DNA of 64,000 nucleotides from Lama guanicoe (Eukaryota): NCBI GenBank assembly GCA_013239625.1, contig MU057352.1, positions 25,870,764 to 25,934,763 of the forward strand, read 5' to 3'. Shown piece by piece: positions 63,262 to 64,000 of this stretch (position 1 is its first letter; each line of letters starts with the position of its first letter). The notes under the pieces were generated by a model. It saw only the letters and a program-made list of their open reading frames with translations, ran no database searches and was not told where the DNA came from. The position numbers and the translations under genes were made by a program.

Positions 63262-63589
63262 TCTGAGAAGTCGTTACGTTTAGATGAAGTCTTGAGACTG
63301 GGGTGCTTATAATGGGATTCGTGTCCTTCCAAGAAGAGACACCAGAAGGCCCTCTCTTGCAGCACTTCCTCTGTGTCTCTGTCTCTCTGTCTCTTTCTCT
63401 CTCTTCCTCTCTCTCTCCCTCCACCCATCCGTGTGAGGACACAGGCAGAAGAGCACCCTCACCAGAACCTGGCCACGCTGGCACCTGAATCTCAGACTTC
63501 CACCCTCCAGAACTGAGAGAAATAAATTGGTGTTATTCAAGCCAACCAGTCAATGGTATTTTGTTATGGCAGCCTGAGCTGAGTAATAT
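63262..63589 (+). mobile_element. MaLR LTR (MLT1A-like)
   Basis: 'gtgaggacacag...ccctcaccagaacctggccacgctggcacctga...ggtattttgttatggcagcctgagctgagtaata'. Confidence 0.9.
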
Positions 63590-64000
63590 ATCCCATAAAA
63601 CATTACCAAGACATTCATTCACCAAATTGAGAGCATTAAACCCAGAACTTGCTTCTCTATTCTCTCTTTAAAAAACCATCCAACACCTGTCCAAATCACA
63701 TAGGAAGCCCCTCTGAATTTCCCCTTGCTGACATGTTCTTAGCATGTCTCTAGAGGGCTAAAATGACATCTAAATTTGTTTTACTTTAGGTATGTTCCTG
63801 TCAGTCATTGGTCAGAGAGTATCACCTGTCGTGGAGGTCCCACCAATGCTCCACCAAGAGCCTTGCCACCGTGGCACAAGTCCTCAACAATGATGAGCTT
63901 CTATGAGACCCCTTGTCACTCCACATGCTCAGCGTCACTTTGCCTGCAACTGCAAGGCAATTTCCATGCTGAATCTGAGCTCCAAATATTTCTTGAAAAC

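Overview
Mammalian genomic DNA, almost certainly camelid (alpaca/llama/camel), judged from two tRNA-derived SINEs of the camelid type. The window reads as intergenic or deep-intronic, with two assembly gaps and no convincing host protein-coding exon; the ORFs in the supplied track are mostly chance frames over repeats. It is a layered repeat landscape: MIR, L2, CR1/L3, MER5 DNA transposons, old L1s, MaLR/ERVL LTRs, an ERVL internal fragment and lineage-specific LTRs. Two elements stand out. (1) A young 901-bp betaretrovirus-like solo LTR (46387-47287, minus strand, perfect 6-bp TSD). Its U3 carries an uninterrupted 137-codon frame starting exactly at the LTR-terminal TG, encoding a predicted type II membrane glycoprotein with a furin-type site, which is the layout of the MMTV superantigen (sag) gene. 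(2) A decayed but colinear Ty3/Gypsy gag-pol fossil (~38460-41100, plus strand) whose Gag resembles PNMA/ZCCHC12-type capsid plus zinc knuckle, followed by protease, RT and RNase H motifs. Repeat subfamily names come from recognition by eye and most repeat boundaries are approximate.
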